Shown: in pieces, positions 44,105-58,914 of the stretch
Layout: every line of letters begins with the position of its first letter
Numbering within the stretch: the first letter of the stretch is position 1
Assembly: GCF_009914755.1 (NCBI RefSeq)
Contig: NC_060938.1
DNA length: 64,000 nucleotides
Reading direction: 5' to 3' (one strand)
Origin: the human T2T-CHM13v2.0 reference genome, Homo sapiens
Position numbers and translations under genes: made by a program
Notes under the pieces: generated by a model
Told to the model about the DNA's origin: nothing
Databases searched by the model: none
Seen by the model: only the letters and a program-made list of their open reading frames with translations

Positions 44105-44502
44105 GTTTGCAATTTAGCAGATACTGTTTTTTGCTCTTATACCCTTGGCACTCACTTCTCCAGATTGAAGGCTGCTTCCTGTGGACACCTGCAGCACTCT
44201 GCTGAAAGGTGTCTGTTCTGGCATGCTCAGAGCACACTCAGCTCACTTGCAGGGCAAGTTGAAATGCCAGAGAGACTGAAGCAGCTTTCATTCAATGATA
44301 GGCCAGGATTTGGTGGATAAATACCCTACCTGTTTTTACACCTATTGTGAGACAACTCTGAGGTATTTTCCCCACCAGTACTTGCCTCACATCCCATGGT
44401 GATAATTTGTTGATTCTGCACCCTTGGGTTTCCTGCCTTTTCCTATCTCATATCTCCACTTCCCCACTCATCCTTTTCTGAGATCACCTCCCAAATAAAT
44501 TA
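44105..44502 (+). mobile_element. LTR33/LTR16-group ERVL LTR, truncated by Tigger1
   Basis: TGTGAGACAACTCTGAGG...GATCACCTCCCAAATAAA. Confidence 0.55.
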
Positions 44503-47088
<2,586 letters not shown>

Positions 47089-47101
47089 CAAATTTGAAGC
47101 C

Positions 47102-47818
47102 CAGGGATCAGTGGAATTTGAAATACAGGAGTCAAAATCCAGCCTGCCACCTGTTTTGTAAAGCCAGTGAGCTAAGAATGGATTTTGTATTTTTAAAAGA
47201 TTGAAAAGAAGACTAATTATCTTCGTTTTTTGCCACTATAATAAAATAGCATAGACTGAGTAACTTATAATGAACAGGAATTTATTTGGCTCATGGTTCT
47301 GGAGGCTGGGAAGCCCAAAATCAAGAGCCACGTCTGGCGAGGGCCTTCTTACTGTATCATAACATGGAGGAAGAGAGGAAGACATCACACTGAGAGGGAG
47401 CAAGAGACAGCCAAACTCGCTTTTATGACAAACCTACTCTTGTGATAATAAATGCACTCCAATGATAGCAACATTAATCCATTCATGAAGGCAGAGCCCT
47501 CATTACCTAATCACTTTTTAAAGGTCCCACTTCTCAACACTTTTGCAATGGGGATTAAATTTCCAACACATGAACTTCAGAGGACGCATTCAAACCATAG
47601 TACTAATTTTTCATGACACACAAAATTGTTTTAAATTAAATTTTTACTGTCCATAAGTAAGTTTTTGTTGGAGTTCAGTCATACTCATTTGCTTATTATC
47701 TGTGGTCATTTCTGCACTGCTACAACACAAATAAGTAGTTGCTACAGAGACTCTACGGCCTGCAAAGTTTAAAATATTTATTATCTAGATCTCTGCTGAG
47801 AAAGTTCACTGATCCTTG
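47102..47818. mobile_element. MER58B-like hAT MITE interrupted by an MST LTR
   Basis: AAATCCAGCCTGCCACCTGTTTTGTA...GAGCTAAGAATGG; resumes ...AGTAGTTGCTACAGAGAC...AAAATATTTA. Confidence 0.7.
47218..47602 (-). mobile_element. MSTC-like MaLR solo LTR
   Basis: GGCTCATGGTTCTGGAGGCTGGGAAG...CATTCAAACCATAGTA; perfect 5-bp TSD CTAAT (47213-47217, 47603-47607). Confidence 0.85.
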
Positions 47819-49079
47819 CTCTAGGCTATATATTTAGAAGTAGAATTTCTATGTTAAAGATAATGCATATAAATAAATAAATAAATATTTAAACATTATA
47901 TATATAATATAAAATAAGAATATTTATATTATATAAATATATACTATAAACTTTGCCAAATTGCTCTCCAATGTAGTTGTTCCAACTTATACTTCCACCT
48001 ACCAGGAGCATTTGTGTGTTTTCACTTCTTTGTATTCTCACCAGGATTTTTTTTTTTTAGCTCTTTTCTAACACTTGCTAAACTATCTTTTTAACCAAGT
48101 AAATATTCATGTCTCAGGCTCCTTTAAAGACAATGGTATCTAGAATTGTTTCACTTTAAAAAAAATATTTATTTTTATGGATTACCTTTAAACTTGTGAC
48201 AAATGATATTGGCTTCCTCTTAGGGGGTGATAGTTTCCTTTTAAAAAATTTTAAGGAAAAAGAATTAGTCAATTAAAAGATAAACGTTAAGTGTATGATA
48301 GTAAAGTGATATCCAGATGTAGTGAAACCATAAAGATGGATTCTGAATGATTGAAATTTGTGACTCAGTGAAGCAGTGGAAACTTGCAATCTGTATTTTA
48401 ATTGTGGATCAATCATTTGCCAGTTGTGTGTTCTTGGAAAAATTATTTATACACTCTACATTTCAGTAAAATGAAGATAACTGCTAAAGCTTCCCTATTT
48501 CTTTCATAGTGTTCTTTTGGAGATCTATTGAGATTATAAATGTAGGGTACAATGTAAAAGTAAGACATTGTTCTGTTGTACCATCTCCAGGTGGTGCCTG
48601 TATCACAACCTCCCTGAAGTTTCTACTGTTCTCCCCAAAGACAATGGACATGGTCCACTTTTGGTGTTTGGTTTTGCTCACATTGATAACTCTGTCAATA
48701 GCACTAACTCCACACTCTCCATTTCTGCTAGTAGAAATTCTATTGACTGTTCATTAGCCTTTTTCTATTAAGTGTTCCCCAGATTCTATTCCCTCTTGTC
48801 ATGTTACATGTCTTCTTCCAGTAAATCTTCATATCATTTAAAGATATTCTCTGACAACATGGAATATATTTCACTGTTTATTCATTGGACTGCTTATGCA
48901 TTATGAACATAGATGTTGTACTCCTTTGGCAGCTTCTTCAGACCTAGCATAGTTTCTTGCACAAAATAGTAGCAATGAATATATATTGACCTTAATTTCT
49001 TTTATAAGGATCCATTATCCCTTTTAAAAGTATGTTTGCCCCAATTTTGCCTACATGGCTGAAAATATGAGGCCTTAAT

Positions 49080-49590
49080 GTGGTGTACAGGGTCCTCTAA
49101 GGTTGACCTCATCCTACCTCTTCAGGCTTATCTTATAATAGCCTGTCTTCTCTCTCTCTGCTTCAGCTGCACTGACCTACCAGTCCCCCAAACATGCATG
49201 CTCCTTCAGCAGCAGGGCTTTGGCACATTTTGCTCTGAGTACATAGGACAGTCTCAAATTTCCTTTCATTTATTAATTTTTACTCACTTTTCAGACTTGA
49301 TTTCAGTGGTGTCTTCTCCAGGGAAGCCTTGCTGTATCTCGACTATGCCAGATTCCCCTCTTGCATGCCCTGATAGCACTAGACTATTCATTGGCAGCAT
49401 TCATCATAGTGGCAACTTTACATTTATTTATGTGATTATCTGGTTAATGTTAATCCTACCTGTTAAGTCTTGAGCTTCATGAAGACATGGGAATATTTGT
49501 TTTTCCTCACCATTGTATCTCTTGCATCTAATAACATGGTACATTGTAAATGCTCAATAAATGTTTGTTGGATGTTTGACTGAATGACTA
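49080..49590 (+). mobile_element. L2 3' end
   Basis: TCTTCTCCAGGGAAGCCTT...GAGCTTCATGAAGAC...TGCTCAATAAATGTTTGTTG..TGAATGA. Confidence 0.75.
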
Positions 49591-50687
49591 ATGAGTCGCT
49601 CTATTCCCTGCAAAATCAAATCAAACATAGTGTCCTTTCTTGCTCCCATCTTCCATGATCAGCAAGAAAATACATACGATCAACGGCATAAAATGAGCTT
49701 TATCTACTCTAGCCAAGTCATTTGGGAAAACTTCCAGGGTGTCAAGACACCAGTCATTGCTTCCAGGAATCAGTGACTCCCTGAAACAGTTGTTAGTGAC
49801 CTGCTATTACTGAACCCCTGCCCCTTGAAAGCTATATCTTCCCCAAGCAAATGCCAGAATGCTTTCTGTGATAGCTGGACTCCAGCTGCAGTCCTCTCTA
49901 AATATATCCATGTGCCATTTTACCTTAAATTTCTATCTAAAAATAATCAGGTTGTTGAACCACAGCAGAATAATACACAATTTAAATTCAGTTGCCAAGC
50001 AGCACATTTTTGCTTAAGAACAGGCAATCATGCACTTGGTTTCTGACATAAAAAGACCTGTCTTGCTGTAAAGCATGAATTACAGATAACCCTTGAACAT
50101 TACACATCAAACCTGACACTAAGGGCAGCCTCCATATATATATACATATGTATGCAATTATTATTTAAACTCTATATTTTAAAAGCTTCCTTTATAGCCA
50201 ACAACAGTAGACTTTATCACCACTTATTAGTTTTAATACAATGACAATATATTATGGCAGAGAGGATTTTAAAAAGTACTTTTCTTTTTGCCACTTCAGT
50301 AAATCATATTCTTCTAACTCTGACCCCAATCTCTTTTTTTTAGAATTTCCAAAGTGTTCCAAGAGGTTGTATTTGAGTGAAGATAAAATATAGTGACTTC
50401 AAGGTGCCATGTTTACATATCTTTATTTTAAATATCCTCACAGTATAGCTCTGGCAAGGACACGGTCCATGAACAGATGTCGGCATTTGATAGGATATAA
50501 ACAACAACAACACCACTTCTCATGTTGAAACTCGGCCAAGGCCTCTTTCAGCAACAACATCTACTGTCTCTCTACAACCCTGTTAGCCCGTGTGTGCTAC
50601 TTAGGGCCACACAATTGAACCATAGGGAATCATCTTTTCCAAGATTTCATTGTGGACAGATACTTACCTGTCTTGATGTAAACTTAC

Positions 50688-50813
50688 CTCTTTAACTTTT
50701 GGAGCCCGAACAAAACAAATACTTGAAAGAACAAATACTTGCTTTTAACCAGAGGAAATGATCAAGCAAATGGCCTGGATAATATAGCAGCGAGTACTTG
50801 TTTAGTCACCGAC
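50688..50813 (-). other. Candidate 126-nt exon with tandem alternative donors
   Basis: Minus strand: TTTCTCTCCCTGATTAG|GTCGG...AAAGAG|GTAAGT, plus a second donor CAG|GTAAGTAT 20 nt downstream. Confidence 0.45.
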
Positions 50814-52186
50814 CTAATCAGGGAGAGAAATTATTACAGAAAATGTTAATATGTAGTTCTGGATTTTCTAAATTAATGAAGACTCTCATTTCCAATTTCA
50901 AAGAGTGCTGTTGGGTATCATTTGTGTTTAATGCCACATTGTTGCTGGGTTGGTAGTGGATTGGCACTGAAATGAAATACAGAAAATGTGCCAGTGAATA
51001 CCAGAGTGGCCCAGGAAAAAGAGCGCCAATAGAACATCTGGGTTAGAGATACAGCTGCTTTGGGGAAGGCTCTTATCCTTGTAGATTGGGTGATAAAATT
51101 CAGTGACTCAGAACTTATATTACTATGTGTTTCCCAATAACTTTCTAACACAGTGTTAGGGTAAGGCTGCCAGGCCTGCTATTTATGGTGGAACCATTTG
51201 TGTTTCATTTTATTTTGCTTGATTGCTTCCATTGTGTTGTAATAAAACTTGCACAGAAGTTTTGATAAAGAAGACATCTTAATATTTTTAATAGTGCACT
51301 TCACATTTTTATTGAAAATTGAGTGTGTGTCAATATAAAACTCGTGTTGTGCTTAATTTTGTTTGGTGGAACAAAGAAACATTGATGTGAAAAGGAGTTT
51401 TTAACTACAAAATGATATATCGCTAGCTCAACAGTGGTTATTTCTGGCTGGAAAGTTTTGAATGATTTAAAATTATTCCTTTTTCTCTGATTTCTAAATG
51501 CCTTACTTGTATTATAAAAGTGCACACACATACATGTATGTGCATGTACATGTGTGCATATATACATATACAGATATATTTAAGTGGATATTTTCCTTAG
51601 GCAGAGGTGTTATTTCAAAAGAACATGATATTTTCACCCTCCAAGATTCTATCTCAGAAGTGTGTGTTTATGAGGTAGGAGAAATGAAGAGAAGGGGAGA
51701 AAGGGTGGGACAGAGCAAAGCAGAAAACTTCATCTCTTGTCTGTAGCTGTTGTCTGCAGGTAGGTCTTTTGCTTTCCATTTTTCTCTTGGGTCCCATGTG
51801 GCTTGGTTATAGAAATGTCACTTTTGCAACTATGAAATTCAGGACAGGAGAAACTAAATAACGTGACATTCTGATGACTTCCTGGGAGCCATGTGCTTTG
51901 CTGCCTGAGGCTGCAACAAAGACCTTCCACTTGTGTGCATCATAAATCTTACTTTGGGAAGTCTGAGGTTTGTTGGTGTTGTGGACATTGTTGTTTGCCT
52001 AGTGTTTATTTAGGAATTGGGTGGCCATATGGTTCATCTCTTCTTTAGCTGCAAGGAGTAGAGATACTGCACATTTTCTTGTCTAAGTCAGTTATGTGAT
52101 TCTGTTCCCCTTGCCAGTGATTGGTGTGAGGTGGGCATGTGACACAATGATGGCCAGTTAGATAGAAATGGAAGTTCATTGGGGGG

Positions 52187-52544
52187 TGTATAAGTCCGTT
52201 CTCATGCTGCTATAAAGAAATACCCAAGACTGGGTAATTTATAAAGAAAAGAGGCTTAACTGACTGACATTTCCTTATGGCTGAGGAGGCCTCAGGAAAC
52301 TTTTAATCACAGCAGAAGGCACCTTTCCACAGGGCGGCAGGAAGGAGAATGAGTGCCAGCAAGGGAAATGCCAGACGCTTATAAAACCATCAGATCTCAT
52401 GAGACTCACTCATTATCACGAGAATAGCATGGGGGAAACTGCCCCCTTGTTCCAGTTACCTCCACCTGGTCCCACCCTTAACACATGGGGATTATTACCA
52501 TTCAAGGTGATATTTGGGTGGTGACACAGAGCCAAACCATATCA
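52187..52544 (-). mobile_element. THE1C/D-like solo LTR inside an old MLT1 LTR (~52000-52880)
   Basis: TGTATAAGTCCGTTCTCATGCTGC...GAGCCAAACCATATCA; TSD GGGGG/GAGGG. Confidence 0.9.
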
Positions 52545-53019
52545 GAGGGCTTTGGGAAGTTTTTTTTCTGAATGTTAAAGATGGGATATACAACACTGAT
52601 GTATGCTTTTTTTTTTTCTTTACTTGAATGTTGTGTGAAGATGAGAACCTCAGAATTGCTGCAGCCATCTTGCTACCAAGGCAGAACAAATGAGAAAGTC
52701 AGTATGCTAAGGAAGGCAGCTGAGGAAGGAAGAAAAATCTTGGGTTCCTGTTGACATTGCTCTGTCCCTGAAATCTTCTACCTCTGAATTTCTTGTTATG
52801 AGGCAATAAACACTCCAATTCTTTATCTCCTTTTTTTGTTGAATATCTAAACTTAGAGCCAAAATCATCCTAGCTGGTTTAACCTATAATCAGATTTCAA
52901 AATGAAAATGAGTTTTTCCCCTTCTTATAGGGGATAAATAACTCAGAAAAGTGAAAACTGCTACTTAGATAAATGCGGCATTTATACCACCTCTTATTCA
53001 CTTTAAAGAGGAGGAACAT

Positions 53020-53021
<2 letters not shown>

Positions 53022-53053
<32 letters not shown>

Positions 53054-53070
53054 ACACACACACACATACA
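53022..53070. repeat. (CA)n microsatellite
   Basis: Direct reading. Confidence 0.95.
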
Positions 53071-55831
53071 AATCCTGCCAAGTGCTTTAACATGACTGTT
53101 CAGTGCCTTGCTCACATTTGGATTAAGAGTTTGGAATTAATTTAAATATCCACCAATATGAGTATAGTTAAATATGGTATATAATAGATAACGGAATAGC
53201 AGGCAATAAAGAGCATAAGGTAGATCTACATGAATTTTATCTGTAAAAGTCTTTAATATATATATTTAGTGAAAAAAGCAAGTTGCATACCTATGTACAC
53301 AATATTTCACATTTGTGCCTATGTATAAATGTTAAATGATATTTTCATTTATATATTTATTAATAGAAAAAGTTCTAGAAGATTTAACAACAAATGGATG
53401 GTGGTCATTACCTTTGGGAAAGGAGCAAGACTGAGGGATGTAAAGCGGTATTTTTAATTTTTACTCTATATATTTAAGTAACATTTGAATTTTTATTGAA
53501 ATAATTTATTCATGTTCTATTTACATAATTAAAAGCATAAACAATTCACAGGTTTTGTCAAAATATTTTCAATTCATTTTGCCCTTGTGATGTCACTTCC
53601 TACCTAGTCCATCAAACAAAAATATTCATACATAATTTACTTTCTTTTTTATTAATATTTTGAACAATATATAGGTTTATGCTTTTTATTTTTTTTTCCT
53701 GTGGAGCACATACCACTCTCCCATCCCCCAACGCATACCTTCTAGGACCACATCGCCCTTTTGTAGGACTTCTCTAGTGTGTAGAATCTAGAAAGGATGG
53801 GTGTTCCCTGACTTCAGACTTCCACTTCTGGTCTTTAGTCTGAAGGGCTGAATCCTTAGTTCAGCCAGGAGTCAGAAGTGCTTTTTTCTGGGACTTTTAT
53901 GTGAGTGATTCAGATGGAAAGAATGTTTGGCGTCAGATCGGTCACAGAAGAAACTCGAGGACCAGACCTTCCCTGTGGTGGGACACGAATCCTGCCTATG
54001 CTGTGCAGCCTACTGACCCATTTGAGTTTCTGTCTGCTCTCCAAGCCTGGTCCTGGGAGTCCTTGATAGCCTTCTAAATCACTCATTTTTTTTTTCCTTT
54101 GGATAGCTGAGTTTACTTTTCTTGCTTTCCGCCAAGAACTGACTGATATAACTAAGATTAAATAAAACAAACATGTCTTGTTTTTTTCTATGTGAGATGA
54201 TAAATAATCACTAGGAACTTCCTATGGGAAAAGACTATAGAATATGAATGTCCTCAGCAAAGTTTTAATTTGTGATTTCTGCAGCAGCAAGCCAGCTCTG
54301 GGTCTTTCTCTATTTAATCATAGTAATGATGATGCATTGTTCTTTTACATCCATCAGGCTGCTTTCACCTTTGGTTACATGGGGAAGGAACAGAAGTCCT
54401 AAAGATAATAAATGGAAATATTTTTTCACCTGGAGTTTAACTCTTTTAAAAAATTATATTTGTAACCTGCTTTACAGTGATTGATTATAGATCTATAGAA
54501 TGGTTGCCATTGAATTTAGTCTCTGAAGAGAATTCAGTAATTATCTAGGAGCATTCCCTCAATTTATAGCTAAGAAGCTGAATCCCCCAGTAGTTAAGAG
54601 ACTTACCCAAATCACATAGCAACTTAAAGGCACAAAATTAGGCTTAAAATTCATGACTTCTGAATCTTAGTAAAAAATTCTTTCTCTAGATGTCACTCTC
54701 CAAAGATTTCATGATTTAAACAAAAGGAATGATGAATGAAATAGCCACTTTTCTTTGAAAAGAATAGTAAATAAATTCATAATAATACTTTTTGGACTAT
54801 GGCTAAATAATATTCCACTCAGTATTTGCTTCAATTACCACCTATGTTGCTTTGATTAGCATGTCTGGTAAACTCTGTCTTTAGATAAGAAATAGAAAAA
54901 AGTGGAATACATTTTTGGATGATTTTTTATCCCCTCTTTTTCTTAATTATACATCTTAAATATATTCTTTTTCTTACTATATTGAAGGTGGTTACATAAG
55001 CAGAAAACGCATGTCTGATATATCACCATTCTTTCTGAATGCGTGACTTTTGCCTGGAGCCCTGCAGAGTGCAGCTAACTGGGAAGTTTTAGTGCTCCGG
55101 GGACAGTTGCTATATCTCCAGGCTTGGCTATTTCATATTATGTTTCCTTTCTGTGTGTGTCTTGCCTCCTGAATGAGATTGTGCTCTCAGGGGGCCTTTA
55201 GCAAATTAGTTTTGGTGGCTTAACTTTCATTCAACATATATGCACCGAGCATCTACAACCTGTGCTGTGTACTGTGGTAAGAATTAGTGGCACAAGTAGG
55301 AGAAAAACCTCCTGCCCTCAGGGAACCAACACTCTATTCAGAGCAATGTGTATTTTAAAGTGACAGATGATAAGAAATAATACACAATTAAACAAAGTAG
55401 GATACTGAGCTCTCTTAAAAATTTATTATTATATCCTTAAGAACTGAGATTAAGAAGTTCTGTTAAGACATTCTAACTAGTACTTTGGGCAGCCTGGAGG
55501 GGACTCTCCAGCAGCCTGCAAAGACAATTATGCTGGTAAGTAAGACAAAATGTATTCCTGTGAATAATTAAAATAATTAAACTGTTTCTAATGTACATTA
55601 GTCATTTAATTTCTGATTTTTGCAAGACAGAAAGGATATCTGTTTTTAGCAAATGCTTAGAAAAGGTCAATGTGAGCCAAATGGCAGCAAATAGGCTGAC
55701 AACTCTGTGAAGGTGAAAGGAAAATGGGTAACATAAACTGTAGAATGATAGGGCTGACATGCTAGGGGCTTAAAATCACCTTTGTCTTGGCAATAATATT
55801 CAAAGGCTCCATGTTTTTTATTGCTGTACAG

Positions 55832-57020
55832 TTTCATTCATTTATTCAGCACATCCTTTGAGCACATTTTTTTGGAGCAGACACTGTTCTAGACACTTGA
55901 GATACCTCAGGACAAAGATGCCTGACCCTGTGGGCCCACATTCTCAGCAGGGGAATATAGGAGATAAGCAAAGAGCATAGTGAATATGCAAATGATATAG
56001 TATGTTGAGGGATATAAAGGCTAGAAAACAAAAAGGAGATGTGGGCATAGTAAGAGGGATTAGCAATACTTGAGTGGAGAGTTTATAAAGTGTTCACAAT
56101 AGGACTCCTTAAGATAGTGACATTTGAGCATTGCTTGAACAAGATCAGGGAGTTTACTACATGCAGGAAGATCATTCCAGGCAGATACCGTAAGTGCTAA
56201 GATGGATACAAACATGCCAGATAGGCTGGAACAGAGCGAGGGAGAGGCAGTGGGTTGGAGATGAAGTTAAATCATATAGCACCTTTCAGTGTGGTGTAAG
56301 GACTTTCGCTTTTACTGTAAGTGAAATGTGGAGCCACCAGAGCAATCTGAGCAGAGGAATTACATGATCTGATTAACACTTAGAAAAGGATTAGTCTGAT
56401 AACTGTGCTGTGTATACACTGGAGGGCAATGGTAACAGCAGAGTCCAGCAGAAGGTGATGGCCCAGTCTCAGATAGAGAAGAGGATAGTGCAGATCCGGT
56501 GGGTGGCAATTCAGGTGTTGAGAAGTAGTACGTTTCTATTTACATTTTGAAGGCAGAACCAATAGGACATGCTGATGATAGACGTGTGATGTGAAAGGAA
56601 GGGTCAAAGATGACCCTAAGATTTTTTCCTAAGAAATCCCATTAATTCAGGTGGGAAAAGTTATGGATGGAGCAGATGTGAAAGAGATGGTGAGTTTAGT
56701 TGTTGGCATGTTGAATTTCAGATGTTAATTAGATATCTATCTGGACATGTTAAGTAGGCTGCTGGATATATAACTTTGGCATTCAAAAGAGATGTCTGGG
56801 ATAGAGATATAAATGTAGGAGTTGTTGGCATATAGATTTTATTTAGGATGCAACACTGAATGCAGTCAGCAAAAGAGTGAGCATAGATAGAGAACAGAAG
56901 AGGATCAAGTAATAAACCATATGGCACTTCAACACCAAGACATCAAGAAGAAAAGAAACCCTTACAAGAGAAAAAGGAGTAAAACAGAAATGTAGGAGAA
57001 ACCCAAGACTGCGAGTCCCA
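55832..57020 (-). mobile_element. L2a fragment
   Basis: TTCATTCATTTATTCAGC...ACTGTTCTAGACACTTG...GTGACATTTGAGC...GGAAGGGTCAAAGATGAC. Confidence 0.75.
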
Positions 57021-58914
57021 GAAATGAGTTCTGAGTACTGGTTTCTGAGGTTACTTTGAAGAAGTTTTGAAGCCTCCAGTTAGTGAATTGAAGAGTTAGG
57101 TTGACTTGTTAGGCCAGGCGTATACAGATGAGACCAATTGAAGGGGATTACCTCCAAATAAGATATTTTTTACTTTTAGTTTCCTAACAGAAAAAAGGGA
57201 GAAAGGAACAGGTAACAGGCTTTTTAACAGAAAAACCTATCACAAGATGGTTTTTTTAAACCGGAAATCCATATAGGATTTGAGTACATCTCCTGGCACA
57301 GGATCAGTATTCGATTTGGGACAGTGCAGAATTTTGACACAACAGTGACTGGCTAATTCCACTGAATTTCAGGATTCCCTCATGTTTGTCTGCTATTGTC
57401 ACGGCTGCGGGTTACCTCCAGTACTGAAGAAGATGGATTCCAGCATCAATTCAGATAGAAATAATATTGGGAACAGAAAGGTGAAGTCTAGGATATTTGA
57501 AGAGGCTTGTGTACACTAATGTGGGGATCGGGGGTGGAGACTTTTAGATGGCAGAGGTTGATATAGCATCAAATTATGCTTATATAATAAAGGAAATGCA
57601 AATGCAACCAATGTCCTTTATGTTGCAGCAAATATTTTTCTTTTGGATGCAGGACTCAGCAATAATTCAACTGAATGACATTACTGGGTCACAGCGTTGA
57701 TCCTCTAGGCCAGGGTCAGTTCCTTGGGCCCCCTGCTTAATATGTCTTAGTAGGGTGGGAATAACTATCACTCACCAGGATCCAGTAGAGTAAACCATGT
57801 GGACCTGTTTCATGGAAAATTGTATCTATTAAAAAGCTATGTATCTTTCCTAGCTTGTTTTTTGTAGCTTTTCTCCTCTATGGCCGAGGTGAGTGAATGA
57901 AGTGAAAGGGAGAAGGGACAGTGTTTGAAGTTAGAGCACTTTCCCTAAAACAGAACGTTGTAAAATATATTTAAATTTTTAATTATATTCCAGGATCCAT
58001 ATTATTATTTGCTTTAATAAGTAAATAATGTATGAAATACCTTTCCAAAGAGTAAAATTGAGACTTCAGCAAGTGTGGCTTTTGTCACCTGAGCACAGAG
58101 TCTTGCCTTAGACCAGATAGCATGCTACTAACAAGGTAATTAATTACTTTACCAGATGAGGGAAGACAAGCTTCGCACAGCTGACTACCTCTTTCCTTTT
58201 CTCCTTTCTAGTAAGCTAGATTGAACAAACAGGCATCCCAGGAAGAGGCAGAGGCAGAGAGGAGGCAGAAGCATAAGTAAAAGAAAGAGGAAGCTGAGTT
58301 AAGGGGGAAAAGTAGGTATAAACACACTCTTCCTCCCTTTCTCTCCTTTACATTTCAGCCCAGGTGGGGTTGCCCCTGACTGTCTTTTCCTCATCATATG
58401 GAGATTGAAAGACCACACAGATGGCGGGATTCTGCCAGTCTTGGCCTGGAGAAGACAGCACGAGACACATTGATTTTCCCAGCAGTGAGAAAACAATCTT
58501 ATTTATTTTCTTGTTTTGCCTTATTCTTTGACAAGGCTGCTGACCTCCTAATTATGACAAATTTAAGACCAAAAAGGGGAGGGCTCTTTGATTTCAGGTT
58601 ACATATTTCTTATTTTACATTTAGATACAAAAGACTTTGCCAAGCTCTCCATATGTATCATTTTATTTAAACCTTATATCTACCCCCATTGTGATAGTTA
58701 CTGTTACCACTATTATACAGAACAGAAAGCAGAAACACAAAGAAGTTGAGTCTTGTTTAAAACCACACAGGGAGTAGGTAGTGGTGCCAAGATTCAAGGT
58801 CAGATTTGTTTCATTCCAACTTCTTCCTGTTTCCTCTGGAGCATTTTATTCATTTTATTGGGGAAGAGGACGTGAAGCTTTTGAATTATGGCACCCACTC
58901 TAAGAAGTAACACA

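Noticed and set aside
50660-50670. ATACTTACCTG as a U1 snRNA pseudogene
   Set aside because: The match stops after 11 nt (no GCAGGGGAG follows); better read as a minus-strand splice donor.
57373-57480. Plus-strand 108-nt open exon-like segment
   Set aside because: Weak donor (AAG|GTGAAG), short pyrimidine tract and no convincing plus-strand partner exons.
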